Positions 11,665 to 26,322 of a DNA stretch of 64,000 nucleotides are shown piece by piece. The DNA comes from Hormiphora californensis (Eukaryota > Animalia > Ctenophora), in the NCBI GenBank assembly GCA_020137815.1, contig CM035355.1, positions 3,410,001 through 3,474,000 of the forward strand. The letters run 5' to 3'. The notes below the pieces were generated by a model. That model saw only the letters and a program-made list of their open reading frames with translations, was not told the origin of the DNA and did no database searches. Both the position numbers and the translations under genes were made by a program. Positions within the stretch are counted from its first letter, which is position 1, and each line of letters begins with the position of its first letter.

Positions 11665-12158
11665 TGTGCCTTGTTAACTGCAGAAGTTCTGACGAAGAGA
11701 AATATCCGGCCATTCACTTTGTGTCATTTGACCTGTTTAAAATGTAATTCCATGTCCTTGATAGAACCGCATTCTCCTCTTCTCTTTATATTAGACATCG
11801 AAAGTTCATGAGATTGGACAACAGTTATGATGTAACAGACATAAGTATTTAGGAGGAATTTTCAGGTAGGCTAGACTTGCTGCTTGCACTTGTTCCAATG
11901 ATGGAGGATTATAGGCAGACACAGGATCATTGATCGCAACTAAATGCTGCTTCTATCGGTTCAACCAAACGAAATCTTTGTTTACTTCATTCATGTTTAA
12001 ATCAGTCTGACTTTCTATCCATCGTAAGAATGCAAATGTCAAGTGTCTTCCTTTAGACAGAGAGCAATGCTAGTCCGTAGTAGTACAGAATATAAATTGT
12101 ACGTCGATAGTACCTTCTGTTATAGACAATGGTTAAAACGTTGCTGTGGCAAAATGAC

Positions 12159-12267
<109 letters not shown>

Positions 12268-13354
12268 TCCCCTTGTATTATACCAGCCCATGTTGTTGAG
12301 TGCTTCTATAGTCTTACTACTGGTAGGCTGACTCTCAGTCTCGACTCTTATCTACCCGTACTCTAATCTCCTAACCTTCTCCCTCTCGACCATACCAGCC
12401 CCACTTCTCGGTATAGAGGCGCTACTCTGCTTCCGGCCTACGCCGATCTCGAGTTCGCTTTCGTGTTTTAGACGGATCCGCTTATCCATCTAATACAGTC
12501 TGAAGCTCTTAAATCAAGTGTATTTAATTGTCGCGGTAGTGTCCTGCTTCATGAACTGTTCGCATTACTTTTCTCATAGATAATAGCTGAATTACTTCTA
12601 GCTAGCTATGAGATATCCAGATGTGGCAATGAAACGTTCTTTCATACGTTCCGCTCTTCTAACGCCCAAATCCTCGTCTCCTCTTCGTCACTTTCTACAC
12701 CTTACTCCGCTTACCCTTTCGAATAAATAACAGCATTCATTCATGTACGGAATCAGTTATCAATGTCGCAGCAACTATTATGGTTGCGGCGCAATTGTCA
12801 TCGGACAGGCAGTTGCATTTACTCGAATATATGCATGCTTGTCTATTCTTGAGCTAGTTATAAGATGTATTGACTTCGGAGCAGCTATTGAGAATCTGGT
12901 AGAGAGTCAAAACTTCTTTCATACAGTTCTCTCATTCTTCCTCCCTATCTCCTCTCTCATTTCACTTCTCTACACTCTCCTCCGCCTCTCTCCTCGCGAT
13001 AATACTTCAATACATTCAGTACTGGAGATAGTTCAATATGATCATCAAACTATTATGATGTCGCTATTCTCTCGGAAGCAATTCCCTTTCTCGGCAATAA
13101 TGATTTTGTTCTATTCTGAGTAGTTCAGTACATTGATTTGTCTTCTTCGGAATCAATGTTTCTGGAGATGGAAGAGATATAACACATGATAGTAAGAGGG
13201 ATGCTTGGATTCAAGGAGATGGTGCACTACAGAAAGATCAGATAAGGAGGAGAAGTTATTAAAATCACTTCTGTTGAACAGCAGTAAGAGAGAGAGAGAG
13301 AGAGCAGACACCCGAGAGACCGAGTAGAGAGGGGAGAGAAGAGAGGAGAGAGAG

Positions 13355-13394
<40 letters not shown>

Positions 13395-14644
13395 GAGAGG
13401 AGAGAGGACTCAAGACGAGAGAGACGACACGAGACAGAGAGAGAGCCAGAGCACCCGCGAGAGCTGGGAGAGATACGGATGATCCGCGAGTAGGCTGACC
13501 CGATAGAGAGAGGGAAATCGATGAGTCTGGCAAGGTTAAACCGGCTATAAATATACTTATAGACGAAACCCATATTCTCTCTCTTTATAAAGAGGAGAAT
13601 ATATGGGTTTCTAACCGCCTCTTAGAATCCCAGGCTCTAAAAGCAAAAGCATTAGCACGTCGAATGCACTCTATACAGCCATTAGTTATGCCTCATAAGA
13701 CACAGTATATTTGTTGGAAACGGAGGAAATTCTATCGGGATTACTTTGAAAGGTCCTGGAGTTATAAGTTCCCCTTTCAAAGAAATTAAGTTTTTCGATG
13801 GTTTAGCTGTTGCCTTGGCGCCTTGCCCGACCAACTCTCCTCTAAAAAGAGCTTGATTTTGAATAAAAAAGGGCCACAAAAGTGAGTTTCGTTATAGTTA
13901 GCTCAGCGTTCAGCTTTCAGTTAGTCTGGCTATTATTAGGCGTCTTCGGGGTGCAGTGGGAGGTAGAACAGTCGAATCAAACCAAACCAATTCCTGGCGC
14001 TATTCACTATTCAGTCTATATTGCCATGTTTCGCATGAATTGATTCATACAATACGTTATTGAAACAGAAAGCAATGGCTATGATGTTCGAACAAAGATC
14101 AAAGATCGCCGGTTTGATACAGCTTTAAAACACTTGAATATTTCATGTCTCCTAAGTTCTATAGAGTTACAATATAATTATATCATCTTATAATAATATT
14201 GCCCTTTCATAATCATAATATGATACAATTGGGTCTACCACTTGTGTCTATACCACCTGGGATATAACTGCAATGATGCAGAAAATTTTGTTTTTCTCTA
14301 CTCTGGTTACCCCATGAGATGGATAATACATTCGCCCACGTTTTGTTTGTCTATGCGCCATTCATTTAAACGTGCCCTCGTAGATCTCGTCCCAAAATTA
14401 TGCAGAGGCAGCCACATTTTATGCCAAATAATATATATATTCTCTATTACTATATATCATAAAGAGGGCGGTATACAACTACAAGGCATGCAGAGAGGAC
14501 CAGGTGTATGGTATGGATAGAGAGGTCCTATTTCATTGAGCAATTTTCACTTGTTTATCACAGCTGCATCTCAGATCTCACCTGCAATACGTATGTTGGC
14601 ATTATACCCATTAGAACGTCTCGAGATTCGAGAAAGTATCATAG

Positions 14645-14915
14645 TAAAGTCGGATTTTTTGAAGTTGTCACCCCCCTTTTCACACGCGGCGTCGTATTTG
14701 CGCGTGACAGCCCCCACTTGCTCTCACCTTACAGCATAAAACCGCATATCACCAGAAAGAGCATAATTTTGTGAGCCCGTAAAACTTTTGATCGACGAAA
14801 TCGGCCAAGAAACAAAGACGTGAGAGCCAAAAAACCGTCAAAACAAGTTTCCGACGCGCAAATAAAACATCGTGCGCCACCCAGGGGGGTGACAACTTCA
14901 AAAAATCCGACTTTA
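14645..14915. mobile_element. MITE with about 32-bp TIRs and TA ends
   Basis: TAAAGTCGGATTTTTTGAAGTTGTCACCCCCC ... GGGGGGTGACAACTTCAAAAAATCCGACTTTA. Confidence 0.8.
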
Positions 14916-16680
14916 TTCCCTTGTTGTGTACTACTGTCAGAGCATTGGCCTGACGGGTTGTGCACCAAAAGTTTTCCAAACTGTATTCCTATTATACTAT
15001 TCGAGCAAGTAACAAGTCCTGTGTCCTCGAACAATTGACGTCAAGATATACATACGATTTCTTTGATGTGGATTGTAGGCCTATTAGACCCCCTCATGAC
15101 AATGATGATATCAATTTTGATAGACATATTGTGCGATCTGTGGACGCATTATATATCTTGGTATCTTGTATGACAGTATTTGATAATGCTAGAAGGACAG
15201 ATGTCTTTGTGGAGCCTTTCTTGACAGTTTGTAGTGCAGTGCATTACTAATGCCATTAGTATATAAGTTTACTTAGTAGCACTTATATATCAATAGGTAT
15301 TTGATGATTGCAAATATATCTGCAATAAGTGCTTTTCAATCAATTATCTCGGATAGTATCTAGAATCTTGAGCTCACTAATTTAATTTCATTTAATTGAT
15401 TTTGGGAGCTATATCGCCATGCTATACGTTGATGGCTACCGCTAATGCAGTGAAATTGATATCAATTATAGTCATGAGTGTCGATTAGGTCAATTTTTAA
15501 CCGAGATCAGCATCAAAAAATTGATATCGATTTCATTTTTCAAAAACTTAACAGATATGTATCGATGGCATGAAAGGTCGAGAGAAACAATTTTATTTTT
15601 TTGAATGTTAAGATTTCGCTTTCGTACAATCATAAACGAATAACGTATAATTAAACGAAACCGTTTATCGTAATATTCGTGATGTGAAGGTGTAATAAAT
15701 TTATCGTCGTAATCGTATGATTAACTACGAATAATTCATTTCCAATCGATAATCGATTCGATTTACTTTCGGTAAAAAAGCACAAGTTTATTGCCATGGA
15801 ATAGTTCGTAGGTTTTTGTGGTTTTATTTGATAATCGATTGATGATAGGCACACGTCACGCAAGATCCAAATAATTCGTCTTAAAAACCACTGAAATTAA
15901 TTTTTTAATTCTTTTAAAGTAAGAAATATATTTCAAACGTTTTAATCGAACGTTAAGTCACTTAAAGTCTCTATAATAGTCCACATTAGTATAACAGCAA
16001 TGGCGTTTAAGTATAAAACTATCGTAATTTATTCATTAAAGTTGCCTTTCCATTTTCGTTAGAAGTTCTTTCCGTAAACTATATAGCTATTAGCTAGCTA
16101 CCTCATATTATTTTACGGCCCGAATAGAGGGGCCATGTTGAATTTAATTCATCAGTCATCCGAAAGAGGAAGAGAAATAGATGAATTAAACATATCTATA
16201 GAGGTTCAAAAGGGTTGCTTCCCCCGTAATATTTGCACATGACCATGATCTCTCGGATTTATTGTGCGTGGGATTATCTCCTCCCCCTCTCTCTCTATCT
16301 CTCTCATCAAATTACAAACCAATCCTTGCTGGTTGATACGTGTGACTATTATACAGAGACTGTGGTAGAGGTGAGCTAGATGGCAAACTACTATGATAAT
16401 ACGAACACATGGCTCCCACATGTTCATCAATAATATAGAAGGTCCCACTTCCACTTCCACGGTGTGTTATTAGCATGTAGGTGACTAGTAAACTTTCTTT
16501 CTAGCGCACAGTCACAGTAGACCTCTTGCTTCGAATTTGTCTCAACTATATAAATTGGTAGAACACGTGCCGTTGTTCTTTTAATGTCATGCTGTTGTTA
16601 CTAGTGCAGAGGAGGATGTCACAAGGCCATTAGATGCCCTTCTACGCATATTAAAGCTACGTTATAGTTGGATTGTTATT

Positions 16681-16734
<54 letters not shown>

Positions 16735-17920
16735 GTGAGAGAGAAAGAGAGAGAGAGGGAGGGAGAGAGAGAGAGGGAGAGATAGAGAGGGAGAGATAGA
16801 GAGAGGGAGGGAGATAGACAGTAGGACATAGTAGAGCATTTAGATTTGAGGTGCGAATCAGCCTACCCGGCCCCTGCTCCTAGTGCTAAAGTCATATACG
16901 ACCTCTCTCCATATAACCTACACTACTTTGCAATTAAACAAGAGGGACAGTGGTATATATTATGTGACAAGGTGCCTCTCAATTTACACCGCCTCAAGAT
17001 TGCGACTGGTTGTTCGGTCTTTATCTTTTGTACATCAATACTTGTAGTTATAACTTCCCACGACTCATTGACCTTGATCAGGCAAGGTAATTAAAGCTAA
17101 AGCCAAGTTTTACGGCTTGAATTTGCAGAGTTTTATAAAAATTCTTAAGAGTTTTGAAGCCCATTGTTTTCTATTTCATGTTGCTTTTGCTACGTACACA
17201 GTTCTTTTGTCTGTTCTGTATCTTGGAGCAGTTATTACACACATTTGAGTTGAAGCTACTTGGAAACGAACATGTCTACAGATTCTTTTGAACACGTTAA
17301 ATTCATTTATTCATTGTTCCTACCGACAGAAAGAAAACTCAAATAATATGAAGTACATACCGTTAGCAAGCATATCACGTGATGCAAGATATTAAGATAT
17401 AAGATATTAATGTGATCTCCGTGGGCAATATAAGATATCACAAACTTGAGAAGTCGATTTCCTAATAGTATTATCAGACAACATGATGCAGTGTGATGTA
17501 GGAGGGGTTTTATACCATAATGCAGCTCGAATAGATAAGATCCGGCATACTATAATAAAGAGTCTTGTATGTAACTTAGGTTTTACGTAAATATATTATC
17601 CTGGTTTTTTAGGAAGTTTAGAGGATAGTACCGTACACGTGTTTTCCTGATAAGTGGTGGATCGTACTGAACATAGTTATCTAGGCAGAGATAATGTACT
17701 TCACTCTTTGTGGTCAGCCTTCTTACGTGTATATATCAAACAGTCTTTGGATAACCAAAGTTTAAAAAGAAGCATGCTCCGATGAGTTTCGCTTGCCCCA
17801 GGGTTGGGTGGTAAAACACACGGCTCATTTTCTCCACACAAATCTGAGTATCTCTCTAGTGGATTATGCCACATGTGTTTACATGTGTTTACATGCATAA
17901 CAGCTTTCAATCAGTAAAGA

Positions 17921-17999
<79 letters not shown>

Positions 18000-18611
18000 C
18001 TCTCTCTCTCTATACACACAGCCCCCCTGTAACATTGACTACCCTTAGGTGGTCGCGTCGGAAAGGTCAAAGGTAAAATTAAAAGTTTGTTTCGTATTTA
18101 AGCTTTAGTAGTCAAAAAGTTTGTTTTACCGTAGTTTAAATTTCTTGTTGAGATGGAGGCTGGCGCGTGTGGGCCGGTGACCTCCCACCATAGTTAAGTG
18201 GTAACTTCCATTTTCCGAAATTGCTTGGTTATGATTCGCTTGATTAAGCTGATTTCTTGAACCAGCACACATTGTCACATTTCCTAGAAGACAACCATTT
18301 CTCAGTTGATCGAGAAATTATATACTCAATTAAAATAGATTTATTGTGATGAAACTCAATGAAGAATAGTCAAGCAATGCTTTCTACTTAATCATTTCGC
18401 CGAATAAATTATATTTGAAAGAGGTTTGGCAACAAATTGTTCATGAATGTCACATTCTGCTGACGGCTGTGCGAAATCTGAACATCGCATAAACAAAGTC
18501 CTGCCGAGTTAGTGAGTGTCTGCAGTAACACGTGACTAACAGAGATTTTGTTCATTTTCGTTAGGTTCACAGTCATTTCAAGGCGTGTAGATCTCTTACT
18601 TTCTCCAACTT

Positions 18612-18671
<60 letters not shown>

Positions 18672-18929
18672 TTTGCCTATCTCCCTCTCTAACTAGAGTG
18701 CCTGGCCAGTGTTCTAGACCGGGCATCAAATTGCCACACAGTGTACTTGACCTCTCGCTCGAGCGATAGCCTGTATCCTTTATTATATGTAAGCACATGT
18801 CTCGTTGCGGTTTTCCACATAGATGAGAGGAAACAAGAGATAGATATAGTCAGAGAGAGTCAGAGAGAGTCAGAGAGAGACAGAGAGAGAGAGAGAGACA
18901 GAGAGAGAGACAGAGACAGAGAGAGAGAC

Positions 18930-18997
<68 letters not shown>

Positions 18998-19328
18998 GAG
19001 ATCATAGTATATTGAAAACACATTCATTTAGCGCTCTCCAAATTCCAAAAGAAGTATTATTTTGCTTTCAAAAAGTGCAGGTTGGAGAGCTTAAGCTCAA
19101 TTGATCTGAAATAGTCCTTTTTTAGATATATTTTTAGAGATCCAGGCCCAACCTGTATTTCGTCCATTCAAAAAGTTTGTGTGCCTTAACGTTTAGTTTG
19201 AGAAACGCCGCGAGTAACTATTATTATTATTTTATTTGGCTCTTTATTTGACTATTTTGTAATTATGTTTCAATTTGTTCTGAAGCTAAGTAACAAACAT
19301 TTATTAGCTCATTAGGGGCGTTGTCCTC

Positions 19329-22270
19329 ATGTCCAATGCAACGAATGACACAAACAACAAAGTTGATAAACATGTGGATCTTATCTGGGGGAGTGTAGGT
19401 AAGGCAGATCACAGATCAAGTAACCCCTATAGTAGCGACAACCCCTCTGATCTTCTGCAGCGGTGCTTGTATCAAGTGATTGGCCCTCGTGCGTAGGCTC
19501 CCCGAAAAGGGTTCACTACCATGGCAACCGCTCTTATCAAATCAAACCAAACCCCTCTGATCTTCAGTTTTTTAAGTATAAACTCCCAGTTAACTCCCAG
19601 AATAGCATCCTTGACCTCTGAATTCCTTTATAGGTATCGGATATTGTTGTTGCTCCATTATCGGCAATGCTTTTCTCGTCTTTGTATTCGTCAAGCTACG
19701 CCGTAAAGGATCAACCACGGATATCATATTCCTTCAGCTCGCTGCCCTAGGTATGAACAAATCGAGTGCCGTGGGTAAATTATGTTTTGTGTAGTTTGGA
19801 TTTTAATAACTCTTATAGTCGAATTTTTTAATCAAGGGACAGGGGCCGCGCATTTACAAAAGTCTTTTTGCGCGTGCTAAACGTTTTCGCTCATATCTCC
19901 TGTTCCTGATAAGATAAAGACTTGGTCTTGGTTGCGTTGAAAAGGTCTTAAAATTATCTTTCCAACGCTTTTGGGTTCAAGTCTTAAGATTGCCAGGAAC
20001 TTGATCTCGATTGTCACGCGCAAATACAACACGGCGCGACCTCTCTGAATGCGTGGCCCCCTGTCCCTTGATTAAAAAATTCGACTTTATAATGCCACTT
20101 ATTGTCTTTGGTTAACCTAAATGTTTGTTAATTTTTCAGATTGTCTGAGTAGTTTTGCAGGATTGTTTGGCTCAATCTTCCTGGTTAATGAGAGGAGATG
20201 GTTTGATGAGGACAACATTGTCGGTGATATCATCTGTTACATGGCAGGTATATTTTCTTTATTTTGCAAGAATGTAATCTGCCACACTAGTTTACTATAA
20301 GATCGCTTGTTTTCTTTGCTCAAATCTGGAACTTTTCAGTTTTTACTTGTTTATTGTTCAGTGACTCATTTCATTCTTCAAGTTTTCACTCCCCCTCACT
20401 CCTCCTGCGCAGGAATATCCTGGAACATGGCAAGTCTGACGACACCCCTCCTCCTAAGTAGTGCGAGTATAGGTCGACTATTGGCCGTGTATCTTCCATT
20501 CGTCTATGAGAAGATATTTAAACTCAGTTTGGTCCGGATTCTCATTGCCATCTGTTGGGGTGTTGGTTTTCTTGGTGCTACAATCAGTGTCTACACTGGC
20601 AAAAGAAAAGGTAGAGTTTTACCATAATTAATGTCGGTTTGTCTGTCTGTTGGTTTGCCTGCGGGCGTGTCTGCAATCAATTGTAGCATAATTCTAGGAT
20701 TCTGAGAGAGAGGGGGGATAAAGAGATCGAGGGGGGATAAAGAGAGAGGGGGGATAAAGAGAGAGAGAGAGAGATATTAGGCTCAATAGGTTCATGTTTA
20801 ATTAGTCTCCATGTTTGTCCCTGTCTATCTCTCTCATCTCATCCTCTCTTTCTCAGCATATGCGATGTGGGCTGATTGGGGCTACTGTGACCAAGACATA
20901 AGCTCTAGCTATACAGACGAACTATCTCAAACAGGTACCCCTCCCTCCTCTTCCAAGTGATCAAAACGTCCTAACTATCAAATTAGATCGTTGCCATGCA
21001 TCAGGTTAACCAAGCTAGCGTTCTATAGAAACCTCAGTGGGTAATTAGAGTATACCCTTGGCCTAGCGTATCAAAGAAAAAGTATAAATAGTCTCAACTG
21101 AAAGGCCAACAACGAAAGTGCCGGACCAGAAGACGATCTGGTGGTGATTCCGAAAGGATGATCCGGCACTATGCTGTCTCGCCTGTTCGGCGAGACTTGG
21201 CTGTGTGACTGTTTACAGTCCCAGATGAGCAACCCAAAGTCCAAACCAAACCAAAACGAAATGACGTGCAAACGCTCCCAAAGTGACCCCAAAGTGACCC
21301 CGAAATAACACCGAAATGACCTCGAAATGACCCCGACGGTCCTATGTCATACTACGGTAGTATTACTACCTTATGTAAATTGTAATTTATTTTCAGTGAT
21401 ATACGTGGCCCTCTTCACCCTCCCCGTCATCTTGTCCTGCGGGACCATTATTTCCTGTAACTTGGCCGTGGCCGTCAAGATTGCTGTTATGAAGGTAATT
21501 AGTAGTAGCTTCTACTGTATAATAATAACTGCTATTATTATGCATAATTTGTAATTTTCAATAGGTTTCATCGATCAATATGGTATTTTTGTCCCACTAT
21601 TATCCGGAAATTCCAAGATTATTTCATTCTTAAAATAGCTCATATTATTCAAGAATTATATTGGCATTAATTGTTGATGATTATTACCAGTTAATGTTAA
21701 TTATGTTTTCTCCCATAGTTCCAGGGAAAACAGCCCGATGTAGGAAGAAGGCCCAGCCAGGGAAGAGCAAGTCTGGTAGCAGGCCAGGCCCTAACTCGAA
21801 TGAAAAACCTCAACAAATCTGCTAACCATCTCCGAGACCGTATGAAGAAGCAGTTTACAAGAGGTGCCACGGGCATGAACCTTGTCTGTGATGCCGAGAC
21901 GGGTAACATAGCAGATACCAAAACAGAGCTATCTGCACGTGATAAAAAGCTGGCGAAACAGAGGAGAAGGGAAAATCAGGCGATTCTGATGACCATTCTC
22001 CTCTCCTGCAACTACTTCCTGTGCTACATAGAGATCATCCATTACTATGTTGTTGTCTCGTTCCAAGAGGACTGGGAACAATCATACATTGTGATATTTT
22101 CCAATGTTACCTATGTCTACTTGTGGTATTATTTCTCGCTGTTTTTCGCCGCTGGAATCAATCCCCTTCTTCATTATAGCTTTAATCCGAAAGTCAGGAA
22201 GTTTGTGCGAGAGTTTGTTAACAACGGATTTACATTTACCAATCAGAATACTAATTCTTCCGTTTACTGA
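19329..22270 (+). CDS. Class A (rhodopsin-like) orphan GPCR, 7 exons, about 406 aa
   Basis: Phase-consistent GT-AG exons 19329-19398, 19634-19750, 20140-20247, 20413-20610, 20857-20934, 21397-21494 and 21719-22270. N-terminus MSNATNDT has two sequons. Motifs: TM1 IIGN, TM2 LAALD, TM3 Cys and SIGRLLAV, TM4 W, ECL2 Cys, TM5 P, TM7 INPLLHY. Confidence 0.9.
19814..20089. mobile_element. MITE in intron 2 of the + strand GPCR
   Basis: TATAGTCGAATTTTTTAATCAAGGGACAGGGG ... CCCCTGTCCCTTGATTAAAAAATTCGACTTTA. Confidence 0.8.
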
Positions 22271-22538
22271 TGTGTTTTTAAGTGTTTGCGTACGTTGATG
22301 TACAGCTGGTGATGGTGTGACCATGAAGGACTGCTATGATATAAACAGAGGACTGAGATTTGTAAAAAACAATCTAGGAAAAGTTACACACTACTTTCAA
22401 GAATCATATCATTGCTGTTCAACAATTTGTTTTATGTGCTTTTCGTTTTGATAAAAACTCTCTTTACTAGCTCAACACAACAAAATTCTCCATAGCAATG
22501 CTATCCACACATAGCAACACTATTCACGCATAGCAACG

Positions 22539-25430
22539 CTACATAGCAACGCTATTTGCACATGCATGTCCCCTCGGAACGGCACCACGAGGACCGGCCC
22601 CATTAGCCACTCTTCTCCCGACCACTCCGTCTCTAATCTCGCCCAAGCCACGTCTGATAATATGATTAAATAATAAATGTAGGAAAACATTAGATGTGGC
22701 AGCTACAAATAGAGAATAGTAGTACCAAAGGGAAAGGTATGTAGTCTTTTTTTCCAGTGCCATAGCACTTGGCTCTGAGCCCATGAATAGAGATATCAGT
22801 ATACCGGGCAGGGATGGGATTGTCATGTCTAATATGGCTGTGATGTAAAAGTTTATTATCTCCATATAGCATAGAAGGTAGCTAAGGGAGACTAAAAATG
22901 ACATTAAGATCGCTCTATTCTCCCTCCGGGCTCGTTTCATCTTCTGAAAAGTTTTTAATCGTTTCACTCGGGATGATCGGCGGGCGTTGGTAGTGGCGCT
23001 GGTTGAGGAAGGCTTTTGTTGAGACCCTGCATCCGACCTTGCTGCACTGAAACTTCCTGAATGATACACGATAGTTATTGTAATTATTGTGGAATATTGG
23101 AACTCGGTACCGGAAGAATAGTTGAGTTTGTTTAAGTTATATTTACTTCTTTGACTTACCGCAGCTGGATTCCTCCGTGTTTAGCGTCATTGGACGTTGT
23201 AGGTAAGCCTTCGCAAGTGAGAGCTTCCTTGAAACTGCTTCTATACTCGACAAAAGCGTCTAAAAATGAATTATGTATCTTAATTTTAAAATTAATATTT
23301 GGCTTGTTAAGAATTTCAAAATTTCTTTAAGTCGACATATAACTAAGCTGGGTGGGGTTTAGCTGTATAGATTCGTAATTAATGACTACACATACAGCCT
23401 TTTATAGCTTCAGAATGAGCTTTATTAAGCCTATACAATCAAATTCTCCCATAGATATGGTGCTATTAATAGTAACACCTAAGACCCAAAAGAGTTTGAA
23501 TGAATTGACACGCCATTCAGTTTAATTTCATCGTAGTGATGATATGACCTGCTTTTTTAAGTAGCTTGCTTCACCATGATCTCAATCAAATTAGGTAAGA
23601 CAGCATTTGGGTGGTTTCGAAATTCAGACTTTAAGTTAAAAACTGTGAGTTAAAAAACTTTGAGGTCCATCTTATAGATACACCTTAATGCTAAATTACT
23701 CCTTCATAATACTCCTTCACAAAACTGTCAGAGCATTGGCCTGACAGTCACAAAACATCATACCTGTGATGTAGGAGGTGGTCCACCTCCTCCACTACTG
23801 GGGGTTGACCGGGAGACTCTCCGAGCCTGGCTGATTCGTGATGCGGCCACCTTCATTCCTATAATGCGGCTCATCACGCAGAGATTACAGATTATTATCA
23901 AAGTACATGTTACCAGCATGGGCAACATGAATCCAGACACATACAAAACTGAAAGGGAAATAACTCATCATAATGATAATGAGCAAGATCTTAAAATGGT
24001 TCATAATTAGGCGTAACCCCCATGTGAGATCAGCGGACCAGTCGTTCGTGAAATTAACCTTGATAAAGTGTTTTGTTGCTGAATGCTTCTCGTAGTTGTT
24101 GGTCGCAGAAGCCCCAACGTCGGTGCATCCTATAGCGACCTGACGAAAAATTAGATTGTAGCCTATGTAATAGATTTTAGCATGGGGTGTAGTGTTTTGA
24201 AAGATTGTGAAATTAGGGCGTTGTTCATGTTGATTATTCTTGAAATTAATTAGCCGAGACTAGGCTTGAATTAATGAGCTGTTTCCACGAATTCTCTATT
24301 ATACGGCTTCAAGTTTACTTGTTGTAGTTAGTGAGAGGGAGGGGACTGCAGCACTAGACTTGGCAAATTAATGACTTCTTCGGATTAAAAATCTCCCGCC
24401 CCTAATAATTACCCTCCTGGTCGTCTCCCCAGAAGCTCAGTGAGCTGGCTACCACTCCGTGAATCCAGCAATAACAGATGAGCCCCAGCACCACTCTCCG
24501 GCTGAATATGGTGCTGTATCGGAGGGGCAGGTAGACCGCAGCTGCTCGACCCACACTCATTACACACACCAAGAGGGGTGTGGTCAGGGAGGCGACGTTC
24601 CAACTCACTCCTGTGGAGAGATCATATTATACACGTGTAATATTGGGATATTGGAAAATACACGTGTGTGGGGCATGGGGAATTCCTTGAAACAAAATAC
24701 ACGCACATATCATGGGCATGTGGATTTCTTGGAAAGAAACATTGAGAGTGAGTAATCCACACCAAAATAGTTCAACTACCCACAAGTGTATTGCAACTGT
24801 TACATGTGTAATTGTTACAATACAATTACAAAGTGAGTGGTAAGAAAATTCATGAATTCTAATTTTATCAGTATTTCACGTCCTATACCTGTCATGTAAC
24901 AAAACATATCTTGCGTCCAATTCGCCAAATCTGGATCCATCTCCCAGCTACGCTCCCCGATTAGAAACCAAGACGCTAAAACTGAGGTCAAACCGCTAAC
25001 TGTATCTGCAATAATGTAGTCGGTCTAACAATCAAGAAAACGTTTTTGAGTTATTGCTAATGTTGGTCGAGGATGATCAACCAATACACGTGCTTTTACT
25101 GACCTATAATAGTGAGATTAAAAATAGCTGAATCTGAGAGGTTTCTCTTTCGTATTCTCAGCAGAACAATAAAAACAAACAGGTTACCGATTATCGTAAA
25201 TGACCCCATTAAAATACCTGAAAAAAATCGGTTATTAAGCTGATAATCGCAGAAAAATAACAATTATTAACTTGCCTATCTAAAAATCGAATTCAATTAA
25301 TATTTAAACTTCAATTATGTCATTGTAAGACAATTATCAACTAACCTATTCCGCCCCATGCTCTATCAAGAGCAGGGATGATGGCATCTGCAAACTCTGT
25401 CTGAACGGGTGGTCCAGGAGTCAAATCCAT
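22539..25430 (-). CDS. Class A orphan GPCR, paralogue of the adjacent gene, 8 exons, about 465 aa
   Basis: Exons 25430-25346, 25217-25104, 25005-24889, 24610-24413, 24139-24059, 23948-23764, 23259-23160 and 23056-22539, all phase-consistent. Motifs: IIGN, FCYMTGVSWNVASLTTPLL, SVGRAAAV, WGFCDQ, RRENRAILM, LWYYYSLF. The first five introns match the neighbour's positions. Confidence 0.9.
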
Positions 25431-25999
25431 CCTTGGTAGTCACATGTCAATTTAGCAAACAGAACAGTTACAGGGCAAACGCAGAACAGTTACAGGGCAA
25501 ACGCAGAACGGTATATCAAGCAACAAAGCTTCAATAAGCTACCAATCGTCGAATAAAGCGAGGTCTTACTAGCATATTTACTATCTGTAACGACCTATTA
25601 AGTGAGACCAAGGTCATTGTATGTAAATTGTCATTATTGTGCCCGTGTGCCGAATAGTTTACATCTATTTGATATTTATTATCCCTAGCTATGATAATGG
25701 TAGCGGACCAAGAGCACATGCCTTGAGAACGCATTCAGGAAAATAAATATAGGAATATCGTATCTCTTTAATCACGCGTTTAAAATGCACGCAGACAATT
25801 GAGATATATCTCATGGAGATACTAGCCGAAGAAGGGCGGTCTGGGCGGCATAAAACATGTGCAGTAAGGGGGACGACGACCAAACGGAGCCACTAACAAT
25901 TGCCGGGGGTGGTTGCAAACTATAATAATACACCGCGGACATAGCCACCGGGGTAGCGATTGGTGTGTTGTGGATATTCAGTGTGGTAGACAGAGGGGA

Positions 26000-26061
<62 letters not shown>

Positions 26062-26248
26062 TATAGTGAGAGAAAACGTTTGAGAGGGAAGGTTAGTTCT
26101 CTAGTCATACATATGTGATACAGAGGGGAAGGTATAGACATAGCCGAACGCAAATAGGGAAAGAGGAGGATGCAACAACGCGTCGGTACGGGCACTTAAC
26201 GCATGGAAGACTGAAAGGGTGTGGGACAGAAAGAGAGATAGATAGAGT

Positions 26249-26322
<74 letters not shown>

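Noticed and set aside
22491-22563. CATAGCAAC repeats between the GPCRs as a terminator
   Set aside because: Degenerate about 19-bp tandem repeat overlapping the stop codon, with no evidence of function.
19329-25430. Opsins next to a CNG channel
   Set aside because: The TM7 position equivalent to rhodopsin K296 is Phe in both receptors (SLFFAAGINP, SLFVAATSNV), so there is no Schiff-base lysine.
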